Shown: positions 8,987-17,381, numbered from the stretch's first letter. The stretch is 31,853 nt of DNA from a virus (IMGVR_UViG_3300048861_000247:1-31853), one strand, 5' to 3'. The notes: generated by a model from the sequence alone, not told the origin. Translations and numbers: made by a program.

Positions 8987-9138
8987 TAAATACTTTGCTG
9001 TCAGGGTAACGCATGATAGCGGCAAGAGAATTCGAATATTGCTATAAATACCTCTACAAGGTATTGTTGCTTTGTCCTTTCAGAGATGCCGCCGCAGTTG
9101 CGTTACCTGCGGTGGCATTTTTGTTTTTGAAAGGACAA
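8987..9138 (+). promoter_or_regulatory. Tandem TAAATA promoters with attenuator/sRNA leader
   Basis: TAAATA 8987-8992, TATAAATA 9043-9050, terminator stem 9086-9118 plus U tract, anti-SD 9072-9082 pairing with 9128-9138. Confidence 0.6.
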
Positions 9139-9139
9139 C

Positions 9140-9853
9140 ATGACTACATTTGAAGACGCGCTGGCGATCGTCCGCGCTACCATTGAAGCCGATCGAGCAT
9201 TCATGACCGCAGCCCACAAGGCGCTCGCACCGACCGGCTTATTTGAACATGCTGCCGAAGTCCGTGCCTATCATGGTCTCCCCGATACGGTTCACGCCTT
9301 CGAGGCTGCTATCTCTGACAATTGGGGCGGAGCCGACCGTCCAGCGCCGCTCTCACGGAACGGCAAGAAAGCGCATCCCGCCAAGGCTGTCCGCCACTCG
9401 ATCACGATGAAGGTCTGGAATAGCCCAAACTTCCGGTCCCGGATGGCGAACCCGACTTCCAAGCTCTATGCCGATTTGCGTAACGGAGCCGAGCTACTGG
9501 AAGCGCTGAAGCGTCCGCTCAAAGAACCGCTCGATCCCGCGTATGTTGCATATCTGCAAGGGATCGCACCTGATCTCGTTGGATATCGGATCGGTCTCCT
9601 AACGAGCATCGTAAAGGGGGACGGGCGCCGCATCCATGACTGGCAATATGTCTTGGTGCGTGATGACGCGATCGGCCACAAGATCGAGGGGAACGCGGTC
9701 ATGGTCGTTCAGGGACAACGGAAGTTCATGCTACCGGCGTTCTCGCCACTCGATGCGAAATCGGCACCTCTCGCGGGGAATTATGTTTGCCAATCGAGAT
9801 GCGCCGTCTCTGGCGGCGGGCATTGGTCTACGGGTGATTTCCCGAGTGCGTGA
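9140..9853 (+). CDS. Hypothetical protein, possibly replication or regulation related
   Basis: GAAAGGA SD, 237 aa, directly followed by a repeat-rich non-coding region; no family recognised. Confidence 0.7.
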   Translation: MTTFEDALAIVRATIEADRAFMTAAHKALAPTGLFEHAAEVRAYHGLPDTVHAFEAAISDNWGGADRPAPLSRNGKKAHPAKAVRHSITMKVWNSPNFRSRMANPTSKLYADLRNGAELLEALKRPLKEPLDPAYVAYLQGIAPDLVGYRIGLLTSIVKGDGRRIHDWQYVLVRDDAIGHKIEGNAVMVVQGQRKFMLPAFSPLDAKSAPLAGNYVCQSRCAVSGGGHWSTGDFPSA

Positions 9854-9856
9854 AAT

Positions 9857-10102
9857 GAACTGCGTTCTATTAATACCCTCTAGAGAACTAATGGTTAGAT
9901 GATATTAATAGAACGGTGAACCGTTTTAGGCGAAAACGGCGGAAAACCGCCATTTCTCGGAAGTAATTCGTTTAGAGTGGTCTCCTATTAATAGAACGCA
10001 GTTCGCCAATCCCGTTTCTCCGAAACGAGGGCTTCGCCCACCCATCGGAACCAAACAATAACTCGTAAGAGGAAATTAATACCGCGAGCGAGTTTGGTTC
10101 CG
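9857..10102. repeat. AT-rich inverted-repeat cluster, candidate origin or protein-binding site
   Basis: Perfect 19-bp IR 9857-9875/9986-10004, a third 13-bp copy at 9903-9915, and an 11-bp IR 10046-10056/10092-10102. Confidence 0.7.
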
Positions 10103-10119
10103 GGTTCCGTTTTTTCGGG

Positions 10120-10395
10120 TCAGTCCTGCTGGTGGATTCTGGTCATCACCTCGCCCATTACCTTTTGAGCGAGGGCGGCAGACTTGCGCCAGTTATCTGA
10201 TGCGGCCAAGGCGCGCTTCGCCTTCTCCATATAGATGTCATCCAAGCCGCGAGCCGGGGTCTGGCGCACATGATTGAGCGCTTGCAACGCCTCATCGGAA
10301 TACTGCACGGCTTGCGACCAAGCGACATCGTATGCCTTCTTGGCGTTATTCAGGTCTTCTATCGTTGCCATTCCGCTCTCCGATCCTACGCCCAC
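10120..10395 (-). CDS. Hypothetical helical protein
   Basis: ORF following the DUF768-like gene; true start may be MATIEDL. Confidence 0.5.
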   Translation of the reverse strand: MGVGSESGMATIEDLNNAKKAYDVAWSQAVQYSDEALQALNHVRQTPARGLDDIYMEKAKRALAASDNWRKSAALAQKVMGEVMTRIHQQD

Positions 10396-10398
10396 CGT

Positions 10399-10644
10399 TC
10401 AGTCGTCCTTGCTCGACAACCGATCAACCTCGTTGTCCGTGGCTTCCTCCATCGCTTCCGAGACGAAATCTGAAAGGTCGCCGAGGTCATCCTCAAGCTC
10501 TTCCGTGGAGATGCCTTCTTCCTTTGCGGCGGCCACCATCCGGGCAACATGCGCGTCGATAATCTGCTGGCCCGGCTCATATGGCTCAGCGTTGATGTTC
10601 TCAGAGACCCAGCTATTTGCGAAATCCGTGACCTTGCGGCTCAT
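10399..10644 (-). CDS. DUF768-like small acidic protein
   Basis: MSRKVTDFANSWVSENI...AAAKEEGIS.EEL pattern; GGAGG SD before ATG 10644. Confidence 0.6.
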   Translation of the reverse strand: MSRKVTDFANSWVSENINAEPYEPGQQIIDAHVARMVAAAKEEGISTEELEDDLGDLSDFVSEAMEEATDNEVDRLSSKDD

Positions 10645-10740
10645 GCAATCCTCCATGTTTCATACAGAGCATACAGGAGGCGGCAACGGGATGCCAAACA
10701 TCATAATCGTGGCCGTCATGCCGCGCATGGAAGCCCTGAT

Positions 10741-11829
10741 TTAGTCCGTCCGCGCGATCACTCGCGATAGCGTCGCCTTGTTCCAGCGACCGCCCTGCGG
10801 TGGCAGGATGTTTCGCCGATCAAGCTCGGCCGCGATTTGCGATAGGCTCAGCGGGCCTGCCGATCGAATATCATCGATGATCGGTCGCACCTCTTGCGCA
10901 AATGCTTGGGCGCGTGCCTCGCGCGCAGCACGCGACGCCGCACGCCCCTCGCTTATCTTGTCACCGAAAGCTTTGGCGCCGAGCGGATTGCCAAGCGTGA
11001 CGCCTCGTGCCTTCGCCTGCGCAAGCGCAGCCTTCGTCCGCGCGCTGATCATCTTACGCTCGTTCTGAGCCATTGCGGCGACGATATGGAGCGTCAATTC
11101 GCTCATATCGGGCATATCGGCACATAGGAAGCGCGCACCTGAATCTTGAAGTGCGGCGAGGAATGCGACATTGCGGCTCAGCCGGTCCAGCTTCGCAATG
11201 ATGAGCGTCGCGCCAGTAAGGCGACATTGAGCGAGCGCCTTCGCGAGTTCCGGCCGATCGTCACGCTTGCCAGATTCTATCTCGACATATTCGCCGATAG
11301 TCTCGCATCCACGCGCCGCACAGAATGCCTCGACAGCGCTCCGCTGCGCGTCGAGGCCCAAGCCTGATCGGCCCTGTTTTTCGGTGCTTACGCGATAATA
11401 GTTGATCGTCCGCATATGGGCCGCGCTGATAGCGTTGGCTCGCCGATATGTCACGGGCCGGGAAGGAACGCGTAGAGGCGCTGTAGCGGCTGTAGGACGC
11501 TTAGGAGCTTCCGGAGCCATCGTTATGGCAGGCGATGCCGAAACGCTCTGTGCAGGCTTTGAAGAGGCTCTGGCGGGCATCGTGATGACATCGGCAATCG
11601 AACGATCTCCGAGCTTCGTTGCAGCCTTGTAGGCCTCTAGCTGGTGCTTCTCCCATTGGCCGAAATCCTTCCGATTTCGGGGAGGTCCGGGGATGCACAT
11701 ATCACGGCTCGATTCCGCCATCATTGCCTTACCGGCTGGACCCGAAGGGAGACGCGCGACGCGAACCGGAACGCCTCCCATCATGACGCGGTGGCCGCCC
11801 CTGTAATAGCTCTTTACAAAGTTCGTCAT
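10741..11829 (-). CDS. Serine recombinase (resolvase family) with N-terminal extension
   Basis: YYRVST catalytic motif, ESGKRDDRPEL, AKLDRLSR and C-terminal DNA-binding helices; the core domain begins at ATG 11415. Confidence 0.9.
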   Translation of the reverse strand: MTNFVKSYYRGGHRVMMGGVPVRVARLPSGPAGKAMMAESSRDMCIPGPPRNRKDFGQWEKHQLEAYKAATKLGDRSIADVITMPARASSKPAQSVSASPAITMAPEAPKRPTAATAPLRVPSRPVTYRRANAISAAHMRTINYYRVSTEKQGRSGLGLDAQRSAVEAFCAARGCETIGEYVEIESGKRDDRPELAKALAQCRLTGATLIIAKLDRLSRNVAFLAALQDSGARFLCADMPDMSELTLHIVAAMAQNERKMISARTKAALAQAKARGVTLGNPLGAKAFGDKISEGRAASRAAREARAQAFAQEVRPIIDDIRSAGPLSLSQIAAELDRRNILPPQGGRWNKATLSRVIARTD

Positions 11830-11832
11830 CGT

Positions 11833-12783
11833 TCAAGCCTCCCCACGCGAGAGAATGAAATCAGCGGCTTTCGAAGCGCCCGATGCGGCTTTGAAGATCG
11901 CGCGGTTATCTTCCTTCAAATGGGCGAGCCACGAACCGAGATAATCGGCATGGCGAACCGTCGGTTGAATGCCGAGCGATGCACAGACGAAAGCGCTTCC
12001 CATTTCCGCAATCAATTCCTCTCGTGCGTAGTCCTTCGAGCCGAATTCATTTAAAAGATTGCGATCAAGCCGCGACTTGTGACCTGTCCAGTGAGATAGT
12101 TCATGTAGTGCCGTCCGGTTCCAATTGATCTGGTCATGAAATTGGGAGACTTTCGGAACCGCGATGTAGTCGAGAGACGGCACATAGAATGCTTTGTCTC
12201 CTCCGATGCGAAAATCGGCGCCCGATGCTCGAATGACTTCCCACGATGCCGCAAGTTGCTCGCTTTCATCGCGTGCGAGCGGCTCTACTGCATACTTCGC
12301 GGGAAGGTTATCAATCTGATCAGCGTTGAAGACATAGAACTTTTCCATAAAGAAAACGCCGCGAGCTTCGTCGCCATCACACGCAGCACGCTCGCTCTCA
12401 TTCTTCGGAACGAAACGATCAGCAAAGACAATCATCGTGCCTTTCGATCCCTTCCGCACGCTGGCGCCAATGTCACGAGCTTGGTTGAAGGTCATCCAAA
12501 CATTGCTTGCGAAAGAGTTGTCCATAACCGCAGCCCAAAGCAAAAGGACATTCACGCCCGAATAGTTGCGGCCCGTCACGGCATTGCGAGGAAGGCTGAT
12601 CGGAGCCTTATCAGCGCCCCACGGGCAAGCCCACGGCGCAACGCCAGCCTCTAATTGAGCAATGATGCGCGCGGTTACCTCACTATAGATGTCGAGCGTC
12701 GGTGAAGCGTCGATCTTTACTTTCGTGTGTTTCACCCCAGACTTTTTAAAATCGTCGCGGAAGTTGTGGCGGACAGCGTTCAT
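11833..12783 (-). CDS. ardC: ArdC antirestriction ssDNA-binding protein with zincin-like domain
   Basis: GVAPW, YSGVNVLLLW, WMTFNQA, VFNADQ, HELSHWTGH and YAREELIAE motifs. Confidence 0.92.
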   Translation of the reverse strand: MNAVRHNFRDDFKKSGVKHTKVKIDASPTLDIYSEVTARIIAQLEAGVAPWACPWGADKAPISLPRNAVTGRNYSGVNVLLLWAAVMDNSFASNVWMTFNQARDIGASVRKGSKGTMIVFADRFVPKNESERAACDGDEARGVFFMEKFYVFNADQIDNLPAKYAVEPLARDESEQLAASWEVIRASGADFRIGGDKAFYVPSLDYIAVPKVSQFHDQINWNRTALHELSHWTGHKSRLDRNLLNEFGSKDYAREELIAEMGSAFVCASLGIQPTVRHADYLGSWLAHLKEDNRAIFKAASGASKAADFILSRGEA

Positions 12784-12807
12784 GGTATTATCTCCCGATT
12801 TTATTGA

Positions 12808-12942
12808 TCAGCGTAGGATGTCAGCGCATTCCAGCGCCTCGATGAGCTTGCGTGCCCAAGCGTTTGCCTCAGCGTCTTTGCCGACGCTCTTGAAGGCGAT
12901 TGCTTTGGCGAGGCACCGTGCGGTTTCAGACCGATCGACCAT
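12808..12942 (-). CDS. Small 44-aa protein missing from the ORF track
   Basis: GGAG SD; MVDRSETARCLAKAIAFKSVGKDAEANAWARKLIEALECADILR; co-oriented upstream of ardC. Confidence 0.6.
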   Translation of the reverse strand: MVDRSETARCLAKAIAFKSVGKDAEANAWARKLIEALECADILR

Positions 12943-12959
12943 GATGTTTGCGTCTCCGT

Positions 12960-13004
12960 TTGACTAACTGAAACGGTCATCGCTCCAGCGTTTCATCTAG
13001 TCAA
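12960..13004. repeat. 16-bp imperfect inverted repeat, operator or recombination-site candidate
   Basis: TTGACTAACTGAAACG-13 nt-CGTTTCATCTAGTCAA (14 of 16 pairs). Confidence 0.7.
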
Positions 13005-13112
13005 GCGCTCGTTAGACCATCTGTGACGATTGCTGAGTTTGCAGTCAGCGGGGAGATTTGAACCCATTCTGATATGGATCATCAGGCGGGATCATCATAG
13101 AACATCGTGGCG

Positions 13113-13125
13113 TATCAATAGGTTA
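13113..13125 (+). promoter_or_regulatory. IHF-like binding site
   Basis: TATCAATAGGTTA matches the consensus WATCAANNNNTTR. Confidence 0.45.
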
Positions 13126-13260
13126 GCATCAATGCCACGCTCTCGCCGACGCTGCCAGAGCATTGGGGGGACGATCGGCCAGACCATGCCGCCACCCCCT
13201 CCAGTGCCCCGGCCTCGTGCCGCCGTCCAAGGTCGCGTCAGAATTTTCACGCACTTTTTG

Positions 13261-13317
13261 AAATCGTCCCCAGATCGTCCCCCGATCGTCTCCGAAGAGC
13301 GTCCCTCGATCGTCCGG
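13261..13317 (+). repeat. Tandem GATCGTCC-like repeats
   Basis: Five degenerate copies at roughly 11-13 bp spacing, plus an inverted copy at 13166-13177. Confidence 0.7.
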
Positions 13318-13330
13318 CAAGCACGGTCCT

Positions 13331-13338
13331 GATAAATA
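13331..13338 (+). promoter_or_regulatory. GATAAATA late-type promoter; leaderless portal
   Basis: GATAAATA-tcggc-ATG(13344), with no SD. Confidence 0.7.
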
Positions 13339-13343
13339 TCGGC

Positions 13344-15323
13344 ATGAATGATGACGATATCGTCGGGGGTCTATTTCCCGAAAACGCTGCCCCCGAGACT
13401 ACTGACAAAGAACCCGACATCGCGAAGCTCAAGCGTATGTTCAACGAGGCCGCGTCGGCTCAAGAGGAAGCTCGTAAGCTCGCACAGAAGTCTCGCGATT
13501 ATTATGATGGCGAGCAGATCGACGCTGCGACTAAAGGGATATTGCATAAACGCGGCCAGTCTGCGGGAGCGTGGAATCAAATTCGCCGGAGCGTGGATGG
13601 CGTCCTTGGTCTAATCAGTCAGTCCGCGAGCGATCCCGAGGCAACTGCCCGCAATGATAACGGAGACGAGGCCGCGACCGTCGTCACCAAGGTTTTGCGC
13701 TACCTTTCGGACAAGACCGATCTTGAAGAGACGAAGAGAATTCTTTCGAAAAGCTTTGTCGTCGGCGGCACATGTGCGGTCATCGTCGAAGTCGATCATA
13801 CCGGAGATGCTCGCACCGTGCCGATCGAGTATGACGAATTCTATTACGATCCTTACAGCAAGCGTCCCGACTTCAGTGACGCGCAATATCTCATCCAAGC
13901 GAAGTGGCTCGATCTAAAGACTGCGCAACGGATGTGGCCCGACAAGGCCTCAAGCATCACGGCACCGTCCAATTCGGGATTCGGGATATTCGACCCTAGC
14001 GACAACGGTGAGTTTACGAATGCTTGGTGGGATGGACAGCGCAAGCGTCTCATGGTCGTCAACATATACTACATCGACCCCGAAACCGGGGTTTGGAATT
14101 ACGCGATCCTCTGCCACTCAACGATCTTCGAATATGGTGAGAGCGGTTTCTTGGATGACAATGATCATCCCACCTGTCCGATCCTTGGTCTATCCTATGA
14201 GATGGATCGGCAGGGAGTGCGATACGGTATCGTAAAGGATATGATACCGTTGCAGGACAAGGTGAATGGCCTCGACAGCCGGACGCTACACCTCGCGGTT
14301 AGCACACAGGTCCAGATAACCGACGACAGCGCCTTACCCACCGATCGCGATACCGCACGCACCGAAGCGGCCCGAGCCGATGGCGTGATCCCCAAAGGCT
14401 ATTCGAAGATCGAGACTACCGATCTTTTTCAAGGCGCGACGCTCAAGCTCAATCAGTATGTTCAGGCGATCAAGGATATGTCGCCCTCGCCATCGGTGCT
14501 TGGTCGAGCTGAGGGTGCAAACCAGTCGGGTAGGGCGCGCCAGATTGCCGCCGCGAGCGGTTTCACCGAAATGGCAACCGCGTTCGCGCGCCTCGAACGC
14601 CTCGAAGAACGCATATACGAGCAGATGTGGTTTCGTGCGCGACAGTTCATGACAGCGCCCAAAATGCTCCGCGTGACCGATGATACGGGCGCGAAAGAGA
14701 GCCTCATGCTCAATTACCCGATCCAGCATCCTATGACGGTCCACCAGCCCATAATCGGCGCCGATGGGAAGCCTGTCATTGATCCACACACTGGACAGCC
14801 TGCGATGCACCCTGTGGTCCAGCAACAGACGGTAGGGGTTCAGAACCAGCTTGCGCAGATGAGCGTCGAGATCACGATCACGACGGTGCGTCAGGCCGTC
14901 TCGTTACGCCAAGAGGCTATCGACGCGATGCTCGAATGGGCTGCGAAGACAGGCACCTCGATCCTCGCGCCAGAATTCGAATTCGTCATCCAGATGTCCA
15001 ACATCCCCGACAAGGCTGAAATCTTGAGTGAGTATCAGCGTCTACGCGGCGCGGCGTCACAGCAACAGCAAGCCGGACAGGAGCAGCAACAGCAAGCCGC
15101 GCAGCAGGCTCAGGCTCTTCAGGCTCAGTCTGTTCAAGCGAAAACTGCGAAGGACAATGCACAGGCGCAGCGTGATACCACGATGGCACAGAAGCACGCG
15201 ATCGAGGCTCACGAGCAAGCCTTCGACCTCAGCGTCAAAGAGCTTGCGCTTAAGCAGGCCACGCAAGGCGCCTCGCCCGAGATGTATGCCGCGCTCAATC
15301 CGCTGAATCAGCCGCCAGTATAA
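13344..15323 (+). CDS. Portal protein, P22-like
   Basis: RDYYDGEQ, FYYDPYS.RPDFSDAQY, YGIVKDMIPLQD, SGRA motif and Gln-rich coiled-coil C-terminus. Confidence 0.9.
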   Translation: MNDDDIVGGLFPENAAPETTDKEPDIAKLKRMFNEAASAQEEARKLAQKSRDYYDGEQIDAATKGILHKRGQSAGAWNQIRRSVDGVLGLISQSASDPEATARNDNGDEAATVVTKVLRYLSDKTDLEETKRILSKSFVVGGTCAVIVEVDHTGDARTVPIEYDEFYYDPYSKRPDFSDAQYLIQAKWLDLKTAQRMWPDKASSITAPSNSGFGIFDPSDNGEFTNAWWDGQRKRLMVVNIYYIDPETGVWNYAILCHSTIFEYGESGFLDDNDHPTCPILGLSYEMDRQGVRYGIVKDMIPLQDKVNGLDSRTLHLAVSTQVQITDDSALPTDRDTARTEAARADGVIPKGYSKIETTDLFQGATLKLNQYVQAIKDMSPSPSVLGRAEGANQSGRARQIAAASGFTEMATAFARLERLEERIYEQMWFRARQFMTAPKMLRVTDDTGAKESLMLNYPIQHPMTVHQPIIGADGKPVIDPHTGQPAMHPVVQQQTVGVQNQLAQMSVEITITTVRQAVSLRQEAIDAMLEWAAKTGTSILAPEFEFVIQMSNIPDKAEILSEYQRLRGAASQQQQAGQEQQQQAAQQAQALQAQSVQAKTAKDNAQAQRDTTMAQKHAIEAHEQAFDLSVKELALKQATQGASPEMYAALNPLNQPPV

Positions 15324-15483
15324 ATAGATTCATCGAACCGTTCGAGGGGGTAGCTACCTCTTGTCCGGTTCAGGCGGTTAACGCGCCTAATCGGTTAGTG
15401 GAGGTTAGCCAACTTTATCAGGCTCCCGAAGCCGGGGTCACGGGCCGATTGGTAGTCAACACGCAGTTTGACAATGGAGAAGT
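15319..15483 (+). promoter_or_regulatory. TATAAATA promoter and structured 5' leader of the scaffold/capsid operon
   Basis: TATAAATA 15319-15326 followed by four consecutive helical domains ending just before the GGAG SD. Confidence 0.55.
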
Positions 15484-16266
15484 ATGGACGAGATTGATTC
15501 GATATTTGATGGTTTGAATTCCGCTCAAGATGAGCATGTTGAAATAGCCAATGAGGCGCCCGTCGAAGAGACGGTAGTCGAAGAGGCATCCGAAGCACCC
15601 GAGACCGAAACGGTCGAAGAAGCTCCGGCAGAGGTTGCGGAAGAGGAGGGGTCCAAAGAGGACAAATCCAAAGCTCCGGTTCCTTTAGCGACATTCCTCG
15701 ACATGAGAGATAAGATGAAAGAGCATAAGGCAGAAGCCGAGTTGCTCCGTCGTCGAGTTGAAGAATTCGAAGCAAGCAAAAATCAAAGCGCTCCGTCTAT
15801 CCCCGATCCATCTATTGATCCGAGAGGATTTGCGCAGGCCTACGCATCGCAGATCGACGCTCAGATGTTTGAACAGAGGCTCAATATATACGGAGATATG
15901 GCGGTCAAACAGCATGGCGAAGATACTGTGACGAAAGCAGTCGCATGGGCGGAAGAGCGACTTAAGGTCGATCCTTCGTTCGGCGAGCAGTTCCGGGCAT
16001 CACGCAATCCTGTCGCTTTCATAATCGAGCAGCAGCAGCAGCAAGAAACCCTCGACCTCATGAGAACCGATCCGAAAGCTTACGCGAGACGGATTGCAGA
16101 AGAGGAGGGGTGGCTTGTTCCGGTGGCAGACCAGACGGTCTCGCCCACCACAACTAAACCCACGGCGAAAAAACCAACGACTCTTTCCAGTATCCCATCC
16201 GCGAGCGCCAACACGCCCTCGGATAAATCCGAAAAGGAGAATTTGGACGCCTTGTTCAATCGGTGA
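15484..16266 (+). CDS. Capsid scaffolding protein
   Basis: Acidic N-terminus, VPLATFLDMRDK coiled coil; lies between portal and capsid genes. Confidence 0.8.
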   Translation: MDEIDSIFDGLNSAQDEHVEIANEAPVEETVVEEASEAPETETVEEAPAEVAEEEGSKEDKSKAPVPLATFLDMRDKMKEHKAEAELLRRRVEEFEASKNQSAPSIPDPSIDPRGFAQAYASQIDAQMFEQRLNIYGDMAVKQHGEDTVTKAVAWAEERLKVDPSFGEQFRASRNPVAFIIEQQQQQETLDLMRTDPKAYARRIAEEEGWLVPVADQTVSPTTTKPTAKKPTTLSSIPSASANTPSDKSEKENLDALFNR

Positions 16267-16277
16267 CTCAAACTTAA

Positions 16278-17381
16278 ATGACTAACTTTACACTTGCAAC
16301 TCCTTCGCAGAACCAGATTTGGTCTACGAATTTCATTGCAGAATATGTCCGCGCTACGACCTATTCTGATTACATGTCCACCAAGGGCGACAATATCATC
16401 ACGGTCAAGAATGAACTCTCGACCAAGGCTGGTGACTACATCCACACTCCGCTTTTCGCAAAGCTTCGTGGGAACCCGCTTGATCAGACCGGCAACCTCG
16501 TCGGCAACGAAATCGCCATCGGAAATTACTCCTGCGGCTTCCGCACCAACATGGTCCAGCAGGCGGTTACGATCCCGGTCTCGGAAGAGATCAAGACCGA
16601 ACTCGACCTCCGTTCCATCGCAGGCGCAGGCTTGAAGCGCTATGCGGCAGAGCGGCTGAAGGTAGATCTTCAGACAGCGTTTTTCTCGGTTCCGGTTGGA
16701 ACGGGGACGAATGTCGAAGACACGACCGTTGCCTACGGTGCGGCCAACGCCACACAGCTTAACGCTTACTGCGTCGCGAACTCGGATCGTCTCTTGTTCT
16801 CGGGTGGATCGAACACCAACACGATGTCGACCTCCATCGCAACCGTTGCGGCTGACACTGGCGTCCTGAGCGCCAAGACGCTGTGTGCGGCTAAAGACAT
16901 GGCCGAGCAGACTACTAATTCGAGCCTGTTTGCCATTACGCCTTACATGACCAAAAGCGGTCAGGAATGGTTTGTCTTGTTTGTTGACCCGAAGGGTTTC
17001 CGCCAGCTTCAGGCTGATGCTGAAATCCGTGCGGCTACAAAGGATGCCCGTCCTCGCGAGAAGGATTTCGAAGATAACCCGCTCTTCAACGGCGGAGACT
17101 TGCTTTTTGATGGTATAATCATCAAAAAAGCTCGCGATTATACTTCGGTCTCCGCCAGCGGCGGCGCTTCGGGTGTCGCGGTTGGTCAGGCGCAGTTGTG
17201 CGGCATCAATTCGGTCCTCATGGGTTATTCGATGAAGACCAAGCCGACCCGTCTCAACGAGGATAAGTATCAGACCGTTTACGGTGTGGGCTTCCAAGAG
17301 TATCGCGGCCAGACCAAGGTTTCGGTCAATGGAACCCAGACCGGAATGGTCTCGATCTTCCACTCGGAAGCTTCAGTTTAA
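16278..17381 (+). CDS. Major capsid protein, N4-gp56/DUF4043-like
   Basis: ELSTKAGD, LVGNE, LDLR and NPLFNG..LFDGIII motifs; followed by a terminator. Confidence 0.85.
   Translation: MTNFTLATPSQNQIWSTNFIAEYVRATTYSDYMSTKGDNIITVKNELSTKAGDYIHTPLFAKLRGNPLDQTGNLVGNEIAIGNYSCGFRTNMVQQAVTIPVSEEIKTELDLRSIAGAGLKRYAAERLKVDLQTAFFSVPVGTGTNVEDTTVAYGAANATQLNAYCVANSDRLLFSGGSNTNTMSTSIATVAADTGVLSAKTLCAAKDMAEQTTNSSLFAITPYMTKSGQEWFVLFVDPKGFRQLQADAEIRAATKDARPREKDFEDNPLFNGGDLLFDGIIIKKARDYTSVSASGGASGVAVGQAQLCGINSVLMGYSMKTKPTRLNEDKYQTVYGVGFQEYRGQTKVSVNGTQTGMVSIFHSEASV

Noticed and set aside
13261-13317. Possible CRISPR array
   Set aside because: Repeats are only 8-11 bp with no unique spacers and no cas genes
16080-17363. 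427-aa ORF on the minus strand
   Set aside because: Antisense shadow of the capsid gene with no motifs
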